Assembly: GCA_020184695.1 (NCBI GenBank)
Contig: JAANOX010000212.1
Coordinates: 1 to 64,000, forward strand
Direction of reading: 5' to 3'
Origin: Histomonas meleagridis 2922-C6/04-290x
Lineage: Eukaryota > Protista > Parabasalia
Length of the DNA stretch: 64,000 nt
Position numbers and translations under genes: made by a program. A model generated the notes under the pieces. The model ran no database searches. It was not told the DNA's origin and saw nothing but the letters and a program-made list of their open reading frames with translations. Positions 1 to 8,972 of the stretch are shown piece after piece; position 1 is the stretch's first letter; each line of letters begins with the position of its first letter.

Positions 1-311
1 GCCGATGGACAGATTTTCGTGTTCGGTACTGTATATTAAAGCACTTTTATATTGTTAGAAATGTTTTTTGCCATTTGAAGCACGATCATAATTGATTCAA
101 AAAGAGAAATATACATTTTTTTTGACATAAATTCAAACAAAAATATCTTCATTTCTTCAAGATAAAATGAAAAAATATATAATTTAAATGATTAAAAAAT
201 TAATAAGTCATTTTGCTAGAATTTTAAATATTTTCATGATGAATACTGGCAAGTTTGTTATATATAACCTGGTAAAAGTCTTTTGAGGAACTTCAAGTTT
301 CACCAATTCAA

Positions 312-1376
312 ATGAACCAAACATTTATTGGAAAAAAAGAAAACTCTCAAAGCGCTTTTCAACAAAAGCATCAACATGGTATTCCTAGAAAACAAAGTAT
401 AATTCAAGAAATAACAAACCAGCAAAGCTTGAACCAAGACATTCAAATACAGCAAACAGATGAAACTGTACACTCAGCAATTCCATTGCAGCAGGTACAA
501 CAAGAAATTCCAAATCAACAAAGATTTGGTCCAAATATGTATCATGAACAAGCCGTTTTTCGAAATCAGCCGGTGCAGCAAGTGCTTCCATTTCAACAAC
601 AACAAATATTTCTTAATCAAGCAAACCAGCAAGTTTTTCCAATTAATAATGAACCAAATATTAATCAATTGATTCAACCAGGAAGCAACGTTGGCTTAAA
701 TCAGCCCATTATTTTAAATATACCAAATCAAGGATCATTTGCAAATCAACAAAATCAACCAAATTTCGTGAATCAAATGAACCAACCCATTCCACCTCAG
801 CATCCCCAACAGTTCCTTCCTAGTCATCCAATGAATCAAGGTTTTTCAAATCAACAAATTCAATCAATTCAATTCAATCCAATGATGCAACCAATTCCAT
901 CATATCAACAATGTAATCCAATAAATGAGGTCGAGCGTCGTATTGGGTATCAATTCAAAGATAAAAAACATATTTGCATGGCACTTACAACAAGATCATG
1001 TTCATCTCAGGCCAACTATGAGCGGTATGAGTTTTTTGGCGACTCAATTCTTTTTTTAATTGCTGCGGAGTTTGTTTGTAATCATTTCCCGAAATTAAAT
1101 GAAAATGAGCTAACACATCTTCAAACTTATTTAGTTCGTAATATAACTTTAGCCAAATTTACCAAGCAAATGGGTTTGGGTGCCTTCATAAATGCTGTTG
1201 CTGGCGAGCTTGTTCAAAATTCTAAGATTTGGGCTGATATTTATGAAGCAATTGTTGCAGCAATCTATTTGGATGGTGGTTATAATGAAGCGAAAAAATT
1301 CGCTTACAGGTCATTGGAAAGTGAAATTATGTCGTTTGATGATGAAAAACTGAATGAAATATGGGGAAATATTTAA
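312..1376 (+). CDS. Ribonuclease III domain protein with long Q/N/P-rich low-complexity N-terminus; single RNase III domain, no obvious dsRBD
   Basis: RNase III signature NYERYEFFGDSIL (canonical ERLEFLGD) and ADIYEAIVAAIYLDGG; first ~200 aa Gln/Asn/Pro-rich. Confidence 0.85.
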   Translation: MNQTFIGKKENSQSAFQQKHQHGIPRKQSIIQEITNQQSLNQDIQIQQTDETVHSAIPLQQVQQEIPNQQRFGPNMYHEQAVFRNQPVQQVLPFQQQQIFLNQANQQVFPINNEPNINQLIQPGSNVGLNQPIILNIPNQGSFANQQNQPNFVNQMNQPIPPQHPQQFLPSHPMNQGFSNQQIQSIQFNPMMQPIPSYQQCNPINEVERRIGYQFKDKKHICMALTTRSCSSQANYERYEFFGDSILFLIAAEFVCNHFPKLNENELTHLQTYLVRNITLAKFTKQMGLGAFINAVAGELVQNSKIWADIYEAIVAAIYLDGGYNEAKKFAYRSLESEIMSFDDEKLNEIWGNI

Positions 1377-1654
1377 TAAAATTGGATGAAAATTTACTTT
1401 TGGATTTAACGAATGAAGCAAACGATAGAGTTTTCAATGCAAATTTATCGGCGATTTTTCTATCGTTAAACGGATTCTTTCCTTTGTCAAAGTTTCCAAA
1501 AATTCTTCGAGTAAACATCAAATTAAAATAAAATGTAACTTGTGGCGTCTTATTTCGTTATTTTCAGTTATGATTTTGTATAAAAAAAAATATTTTTAGA
1601 TTTGAAGATGAAAATTTTATTGAAAAAGTTTATATTGAATTCAAAATGATCGGC

Positions 1655-2878
1655 TCAGGAATAAATTGTTTTGGGGTGGTCCAAATTTTCTAATAACATT
1701 TCTCTGTTTTCATTAATATTAATATCTTTGTTTTCCATACTTGCAATATCGCTTATGTTCAACATATTATTTTCAACCGCGTCACCAAACAGTTCCATAT
1801 ATTCTTTTTCTTCCATTCTTTGAACGGGTGGACTTTTAGCGATTTTTTTAATTACTTCTGGATTTAACATTTTGAAATTATCGAGTAATTTCTCATTTAA
1901 AATCTCAGAGAAATGTGACGCGATGAAATCAATCACATAATCATAGTTAATATTTTTTTCATGTAATTCATTACACAACTCAAATGCAGACTGAAGAGTT
2001 AATTGTTCATATGCTATTGAACCTGTATAAATCATTAAATCTTCCATTTTTAATTCAGATGCGATATCATGAACAAAACGCGCATTCGTTTCATTAAGCG
2101 CTATCGGCAAACCGTAAATCGCATCAATTATAACATTGAAATCGAATGAGTCTGGATATTCTGTTTTAATGTTGTATTCATGAATTGGTGGATTATGTCT
2201 AAAGAACTCATATACAAGTTTAGATGATGATGCAAAAATTATTGAAGAAACTTTGAAATCTTGTTTTGGAGTATGAATTGTAAAATCTTGAAATTTTTCA
2301 ATATTACGGAGTTTTGCATATGATTGAAGATGTGGGGAAAGACTAACAACACATGAAAATTGATTTGAGGTTGGATGTGGATGAATTGCAATTTTATGAT
2401 TATTCCAAATAACTTCTGTATTAATAGAGATAAAAGTTTTATATTCATTAGGATCATTAATTCTTACAAGTGCATAACCAAGAGCATTATTTCTTCCAGG
2501 TTTGAAGAAAGTGACTTCTGAATCTGAAGAATCGTTTGAAATAGGTTCTAGATGAAGTAAGCATAATAGCTCAGATTCATTAAGGCCTTCTGGTATTCCA
2601 AGAATTACAGCAGTTGTATCAGTGGCCGAATCTTTAATTGATAATATCTCTAAAAAATAATCATCAATCATAACATCAACTTCATTTTCAGCAAAAAACT
2701 CTACTGGTAATTGTTCTACAAAATGAATAAAACATGAATTAAAGTTATAAAGTATATCCTTGTAAAAATCAGTACAAAGGTAAATGAGTGATATTTCTCC
2801 AAATGGAGAAAAAGCTTCTTTTATTTGTTGAATTGTAGCGTTTGGAGGAAGATTTCTTACGAAAATTGCTTTACTCAT
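1655..2878 (-). CDS. RRM(s) + BTB/POZ(-BACK-like) protein
   Basis: N-terminal AIFVRNLPPNATIQQIKEAFSPFGEI (RNP2-like) and a second degenerate RRM; FQDFTIHTPKQDFKVSSIIFASSSKLV resembles a BTB start. Confidence 0.65.
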   Translation of the reverse strand: MSKAIFVRNLPPNATIQQIKEAFSPFGEISLIYLCTDFYKDILYNFNSCFIHFVEQLPVEFFAENEVDVMIDDYFLEILSIKDSATDTTAVILGIPEGLNESELLCLLHLEPISNDSSDSEVTFFKPGRNNALGYALVRINDPNEYKTFISINTEVIWNNHKIAIHPHPTSNQFSCVVSLSPHLQSYAKLRNIEKFQDFTIHTPKQDFKVSSIIFASSSKLVYEFFRHNPPIHEYNIKTEYPDSFDFNVIIDAIYGLPIALNETNARFVHDIASELKMEDLMIYTGSIAYEQLTLQSAFELCNELHEKNINYDYVIDFIASHFSEILNEKLLDNFKMLNPEVIKKIAKSPPVQRMEEKEYMELFGDAVENNMLNISDIASMENKDININENREMLLENLDHPKTIYS

Positions 2879-2993
2879 TTTGCCTAAGATGACTTTTTGC
2901 TCCAGCTATAATTGAATGTTTACTTAGACATAAAAAATGACTTTGGGGTACCCCGTTTTGGTATCGTTTTTGTGAACTTTTAGCCAAATAGGG

Positions 2994-5900
2994 ATGGAGG
3001 AAAGCCAAATAGCAATTATAAGGACTGTTCTATCAAATCTAATTGGCTCATTTGCTCCATTTATAACATCAGCCAAAAGTTATTTTAAGTCAAGGTTAAA
3101 AGAAGATCCAGGGATTTCTAAGCAAGAAATATTATTTGAAATTTTTCATTTATTTCCAATTGGAACCCCAAACTACAATACTGCTATTTCTTCATTAATG
3201 ATGATATCAACTTCATGCCCATCTTTAATTTTAAAAGAATTACTTCACATTTTTGGAGATCTTATGAACAAAAAGACGAATGCAGTTTATACCATTATGA
3301 AAGGGATTTCCCCTGTATTTCGAAATGACGAGAATATTGATTCAGATATATTACTTCTTTTAAATCATGTATTTATTTCAGATCTCATATGTCAACTTTT
3401 TCTTCAATTTCATTGTGAAGAATTAATTGATGAAATTATAAATTATGCGTTTTCTATTTGTGATTTAAATCCACAAGAATCATTAACATTCCAAATGATT
3501 TTAGATTTTTGGGCATTAACAATCTCGAAAATCAGTGAAACTCATTTTCAAACCGTAACAACAAAATTTGATACACAGACAGAAACAAGATACAATCAAA
3601 AATTACATATAATTAAATACATTCGATTAGATAAAAATTCAAATGAAGCAAACAATTTTTTACTTCACATTCTCGACTTTTTGAAAGATTTACACGCATC
3701 AAACAATTTGAATTCCAAAATTTTACATTCATTTTCATGTATCCTTAGATCTTCTACTAAAGAATGTAATGAATCATTACAAGCCATATTGAATTTTTTT
3801 CAAAACCTAAATGAAGATGAAGAAATATTAACAATAGTATCAATCATATGTTCTAAATTAGAAATAAAACAAACGAAATATAACACATTAAATCAATTCT
3901 TAACAATGATTATAGGTAATAATTATGATTTAAATTTCTTTTTAGAGAAAAAGCCGACAAATGAATTTTCATTTATAGATTTTGTTCAATGGAATTCAAA
4001 TCCTCAGCAATCGCCGGAAGATGAGAACTCTTTTCTTAACATATTTATTAATACGTATTTTCCAAATTCCAAATTTGGTGACAGAATTGAATTTTGTTAT
4101 ATTTTATTAATATTAATATCTACAAATTTCCAATATTTCCAAACAAATATATTACCATTATTTCTTGAGTTACATCCTAAAGATCCACGATTTATCTCTA
4201 TGTTAAAGATATTACCAATCATTAATTCTAATACATTTTTAGACAAAACCATTTCTAAGATCTCGAATGAAGAATTACTTCAATTTAATATAAATTTTAA
4301 AGATAAAGTTTTAAAATGTATATCGTTAATTAATCCTGATAAATTATTACATGGATTTAATAATGATATTGATCCTAATTATAAAGATATTATTACTGAA
4401 TCCGATCAAAAGATTGGCGAATATTTAAATTCATGGGATATTCAGTTACCATATGAAATGAAAGTAGAAAAAATGAAAACTAAATTATCATTTAAGATAT
4501 TAAAGTTTGAATATTATACACTTAAATCAATCCAATATACCTTTACATCGGATGATATTAATGACAATGAAATCATAATGTTATTTATCTTAAAGATGTA
4601 TTTTGTATGTAGCCCTATAATTTCTAATGAATCATTAATAATTATGAAGAAATATAATTCGAATTTTGTTAAATTAATATTAAAACATTTAAATCAATTC
4701 TTCATTTATGATTCATTATATCATTGTATTAAATTCATTTTAGAATTCATGAGTTTAAAAACAGAAAACCTTGAACAAGAATCTTTATTTGATATCGAAT
4801 TAATATCTATAATGGGATTATGTTCAAGTAATCCATATCTAAGAGCTATATCATGGAAATTATTATGTATAACTAATGAACGATTAAGTTATAAAGGGAT
4901 TTTTAATTTCATCTCAAAGAACTTTAAACAAATCGAATCAGCAGTAAAGATGATAATGATGCAAAGTCATATTCCAGAAGATCCATTACAAACTAATTCG
5001 ATGCCAATTGATAACATATATTTTTTAAATGCAATTAATTCATTTTATTATGAAATTTGGTTAATGTTTTTATCCGAAATATCAGATATTATAGTATCTA
5101 TAAATTATGTGCCATTATTAAATCGATTTCAAAAGTTAAATGGGTTTTTTAAATTACGAAATAATGATTCATCTTTAATTGGTATATTTAATTTTATATT
5201 TTCATCTTATTTTAATTTAGATTTATTATTTGTTACAAAACATTTTTATGATTTACCTTTATATTCAACTTATTCTAATCAAGAAAAAATAGATCAAAAA
5301 CAAATCATTAATGAAAACCTTCAAATTATATTTAATAATGACACAAAATTATTTTTTTCTTTAATTAAATTAATTAATATGTCATTATATCAATATATTA
5401 TTGAATTCTTTTGTACATTATCAATTGATTATTTACCTAATGCTACTGAAGTATTAATGAACATCATTAAAAAGCCTTCAATTACACCAACATTTATGCA
5501 TAACTTAATACCATCGATATTAAATTTCATTGCAACATTAATTTCATTTTTCATAAAGAATAATATTAATGCACCACGAGTCATTAAATGGAATGAAGAG
5601 AATGAAACAAATTTAATTAAAATGAAGAAAATCGCACGTGAATTTTGTATTATTATCTCCGAAGTATTTTCACATAAATCATCACAAATTAGTGAAGATG
5701 ATTGGCCTTTATCTTCACGTGAATTAATATTACGATTTTTAATGAATTGGTGTACACCTAAATCTAAAGAACTTCAAAGTTTATGTAAATATTCATCTTA
5801 TGCTATATCATCTATAGTTCAAGTTGGTATGTTATTTACAGATACTTCATTTTTCGATTCAACAACTATCGAATTATTTGTTAAACTAGAACAACAATCA

Positions 5901-8132
5901 ATGCATGTCTTAAGTTTTTTGTTATATTTCCATGTAGAATTATTATTAGAACATTATATTCAAGCATGTTATACACAAAACAAAACTTCATCGAATTATT
6001 TCTTCGAATCAATTTTCATTGTATTTGAAGCATCGAATATTAATTTACTTAAATCATTATTAGGGCCAATATTATTATTAGGAATGGTCTTAGATCGATG
6101 TGGTAATCCACGAGCTAAATCATTTTTAGAAGTATATGTTGATATAATATTATCTACATCTAATTTCTCGATTGAGAATATTCCACAACAATTTATTTAT
6201 GCAACGGAATCTGTTTTAGATTCAGCTTTTAATATATTACAATTAAAGAATCGTTTCATAACAGTAAAAGATATTACTGAAACATTAAAACTTTGGATTC
6301 CTAATTTACGATTATTACCTAATCGAAGAACTTGTATTAGTGGTATACAAACGAATTATGAACGTTTTACTCCATATCAATTTCTTTCTTCATTAATGGA
6401 AACTACTGAGAAAATAGATGAAGAAGATTTCACGTCAATTACTTCTTTATGGTTTAAATTAATGGAATGTCCTGATCATAAAGAATTAATACCATTATTC
6501 TTATGTAATTGGTCGAATAGTATCACGAAACAAAAATTATTAAAATATTTTTTGTTATCTAAAGATAATAATTCATATATAATGCAACAACTTGTATCTT
6601 ATTGTACTTACGCATATTATTTTCATGTTACGACTTCACTTAATAAGAAATTTGATTTAGAGTTTTGGTTCTTATCATTAATTAAAGAAGCATTTCAACA
6701 AGAGAATGACGAATTCATCAAATATATACCAATTGTTATTCATTTTTCATTTTTATTTTATGATTCAGGTGCACAAGAATTATTATATATATTATGTCAA
6801 CAATTTTCGATAAATTTACCCGATAATTTAATACATATCGAATCAATTGTTCGATATTTCACATCGAAAATTTATCAAATATCAGAAGAGTTATTAGAAC
6901 AATGGGGACTCGAATCATTAAAATGGTTATTTGGATGTCAATCAATACAAATCGCTTGTAAATCTTTGACAATATATAACCAAATATTAAGACCAATGGA
7001 ACCTTTGGTAGTTACTGGTGTATGTAAAGCAGTAACTTATCATGTAGTGAATTCATCTGATGACCCAAAACATTTAACAGATTTGGTAACTCAAGCTTTA
7101 ATATTTTATAATAACGTGTTCACTGGTAATGAAATTTATTCGTTTCAATTCGCTAGTTCTTTCATCGATTGTAAATTGTTCGTAGATAATTGTTTGCCTT
7201 ATGTATCACAATTATTCATTAAAAGCCTTTCTTGCTTAAAAACAAGTCAAATGGCTTGGAATATGATAATAGGTATAATCAGACCATTGTTAGCAAAAAT
7301 CGAAAAGAACCCTCAGAACCAAAGAATATTACAAATGTTGATCGAAACAAGTAATAGTAAAGAACTAATGATGATAGCAACGCCTATTCATTTAAGTAAT
7401 CCTTTACTATTCCCAAATCTAATGCCTTACGATGAACTACTTAATTCGGTTTCGGACTCAATACTTTGTAAGTCGTTGGTACATTACGCTACTATGATAG
7501 AAAGCGCTTCGATTAACTTGAAAAGCGCAATATTCAAAATTTCTTCTTACATAGTAAAAAAAGTGGTCAACGAAAATAATACAAACCCTTTAAGTAACAT
7601 CTATAAGGCAGCAATTTTGAGCTTAACGACTTGTAATAACGCAGCAGAATTTATTGCAACAATCATGCAATATGAATCTTCGGTCTCTATGAAGCAATCA
7701 AATGAGTTCTACGATTGGAATAGATCTATCGAAGACGTCTGTAGAGCTTTAGGAAGGATTTTGGTGCTGGACGACTCGTTGATGACCTTGACTGATTTCT
7801 CTACTTTACAAAGCGTTTATAACGTGCTAAACTCTGACGTGGTGCCAAAAGTGCTCCCGTTTGAGACACAAAAGGAAATGTTAAATGCAATGATGAGGGT
7901 GAAACCGTTACACGATAGGAAAAGAGGTTTGGCGCCAAGAAGATCATTCCATGGATATAGAGAATCTTCATCAGGTTCAAAGTTGTATAATAGTGGGAGT
8001 GTCAATTTGGGTAACTTTAGGCCTTTCGAAAGACCCAAAGAATTGATCATTAAGCCGGAATTGTTTGTGCGAAATTGGGAATCGGGAATTAGTTTGAGTA
8101 ACAACGATTTCTTGAAGGAATTGAAAATTTGA
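2994..8132 (+). CDS. Large alpha-helical scaffold, possibly Furry/Tao3/MOR2-PAG1-like
   Basis: 1712-aa uninterrupted ORF, predicted all-helical; family call from overall resemblance only. Confidence 0.4.
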   Translation: MEESQIAIIRTVLSNLIGSFAPFITSAKSYFKSRLKEDPGISKQEILFEIFHLFPIGTPNYNTAISSLMMISTSCPSLILKELLHIFGDLMNKKTNAVYTIMKGISPVFRNDENIDSDILLLLNHVFISDLICQLFLQFHCEELIDEIINYAFSICDLNPQESLTFQMILDFWALTISKISETHFQTVTTKFDTQTETRYNQKLHIIKYIRLDKNSNEANNFLLHILDFLKDLHASNNLNSKILHSFSCILRSSTKECNESLQAILNFFQNLNEDEEILTIVSIICSKLEIKQTKYNTLNQFLTMIIGNNYDLNFFLEKKPTNEFSFIDFVQWNSNPQQSPEDENSFLNIFINTYFPNSKFGDRIEFCYILLILISTNFQYFQTNILPLFLELHPKDPRFISMLKILPIINSNTFLDKTISKISNEELLQFNINFKDKVLKCISLINPDKLLHGFNNDIDPNYKDIITESDQKIGEYLNSWDIQLPYEMKVEKMKTKLSFKILKFEYYTLKSIQYTFTSDDINDNEIIMLFILKMYFVCSPIISNESLIIMKKYNSNFVKLILKHLNQFFIYDSLYHCIKFILEFMSLKTENLEQESLFDIELISIMGLCSSNPYLRAISWKLLCITNERLSYKGIFNFISKNFKQIESAVKMIMMQSHIPEDPLQTNSMPIDNIYFLNAINSFYYEIWLMFLSEISDIIVSINYVPLLNRFQKLNGFFKLRNNDSSLIGIFNFIFSSYFNLDLLFVTKHFYDLPLYSTYSNQEKIDQKQIINENLQIIFNNDTKLFFSLIKLINMSLYQYIIEFFCTLSIDYLPNATEVLMNIIKKPSITPTFMHNLIPSILNFIATLISFFIKNNINAPRVIKWNEENETNLIKMKKIAREFCIIISEVFSHKSSQISEDDWPLSSRELILRFLMNWCTPKSKELQSLCKYSSYAISSIVQVGMLFTDTSFFDSTTIELFVKLEQQSMHVLSFLLYFHVELLLEHYIQACYTQNKTSSNYFFESIFIVFEASNINLLKSLLGPILLLGMVLDRCGNPRAKSFLEVYVDIILSTSNFSIENIPQQFIYATESVLDSAFNILQLKNRFITVKDITETLKLWIPNLRLLPNRRTCISGIQTNYERFTPYQFLSSLMETTEKIDEEDFTSITSLWFKLMECPDHKELIPLFLCNWSNSITKQKLLKYFLLSKDNNSYIMQQLVSYCTYAYYFHVTTSLNKKFDLEFWFLSLIKEAFQQENDEFIKYIPIVIHFSFLFYDSGAQELLYILCQQFSINLPDNLIHIESIVRYFTSKIYQISEELLEQWGLESLKWLFGCQSIQIACKSLTIYNQILRPMEPLVVTGVCKAVTYHVVNSSDDPKHLTDLVTQALIFYNNVFTGNEIYSFQFASSFIDCKLFVDNCLPYVSQLFIKSLSCLKTSQMAWNMIIGIIRPLLAKIEKNPQNQRILQMLIETSNSKELMMIATPIHLSNPLLFPNLMPYDELLNSVSDSILCKSLVHYATMIESASINLKSAIFKISSYIVKKVVNENNTNPLSNIYKAAILSLTTCNNAAEFIATIMQYESSVSMKQSNEFYDWNRSIEDVCRALGRILVLDDSLMTLTDFSTLQSVYNVLNSDVVPKVLPFETQKEMLNAMMRVKPLHDRKRGLAPRRSFHGYRESSSGSKLYNSGSVNLGNFRPFERPKELIIKPELFVRNWESGISLSNNDFLKELKI

Positions 8133-8224
8133 TTGTTTGGAAAATAAAAATGCGAAATCTTTAATGCCGTTGTTATTAAATTGTTTAGAAATTATGTTTT
8201 CACATTTTTATTTTATAATCATCT

Positions 8225-8722
8225 TATTCATCAAAACTGTTGGGAAGCCTAAAATGTTATTTATTGTTTAATGTATAGAGTTTATTTGGTTATTTATATG
8301 TTATTGAGTAATACTTCCCTAATCTGTTATCAAACCTGAAATTAAGTCTTTTTTTTTGTTTTTGAATTCAAGTGAAGATTGCCTTGTGCTTTCAAGTTGT
8401 GCCCCATGTCATACAATCCTTTGATGATGCTGTAGCCCCAAAGTTCTTTTTATCTCAAAACTTCTCTTTATTAGGGAACATTTCTGCGAGCGCATTATCT
8501 TATTCGTATTCAAAATCTCAAAAGTGTTGGGAAGCCTTCTGTAAAAGTATTACTAAAATGTTATTTATTGTTTAGTAATTTATAAGTTCTAGAGTAATAA
8601 TTTCCTATGCTTTTATCAAACCTAAGTCATTTTTTTTTGAAATAAAGAACTTGTTGTTTGTAACATGTTGCATCTCCTTGATGAAGTACCAAAGTTCTTT
8701 TTATCTCAAAACTTCTCTTTAT
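8225..8722. repeat. Diverged tandem duplication (~250-290 bp unit) in intergenic DNA
   Basis: Identical 34-mer ccaaagttctttttatctcaaaacttctctttat at 8438-8471 and 8689-8722; shared blocks gttgggaagcc, ctaaaatgttatttattgttta and ttatcaaacct in the same order. Confidence 0.8.
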
Positions 8723-8972
8723 GTCCGAAATCACAGTCATCTTCAGAAAGGAAAACAAGCAGAGGTCGGTGAGAAGAAACTGTTCCTCTTTTCCAAAGCA
8801 GCTCGCGCCAACAAAGCCATCGATGTATGCTCACAGGCTCTTCTTCTAACAATGTTTTTATATAAATGTTACATGAATTACTTCTTCAAAATCGCTTCAC
8901 TTGCATCGTCATTCTTCAGAATATTTGTACATATTTCACAACAAGTTCTATTTCATTAACATTTATTTACAT

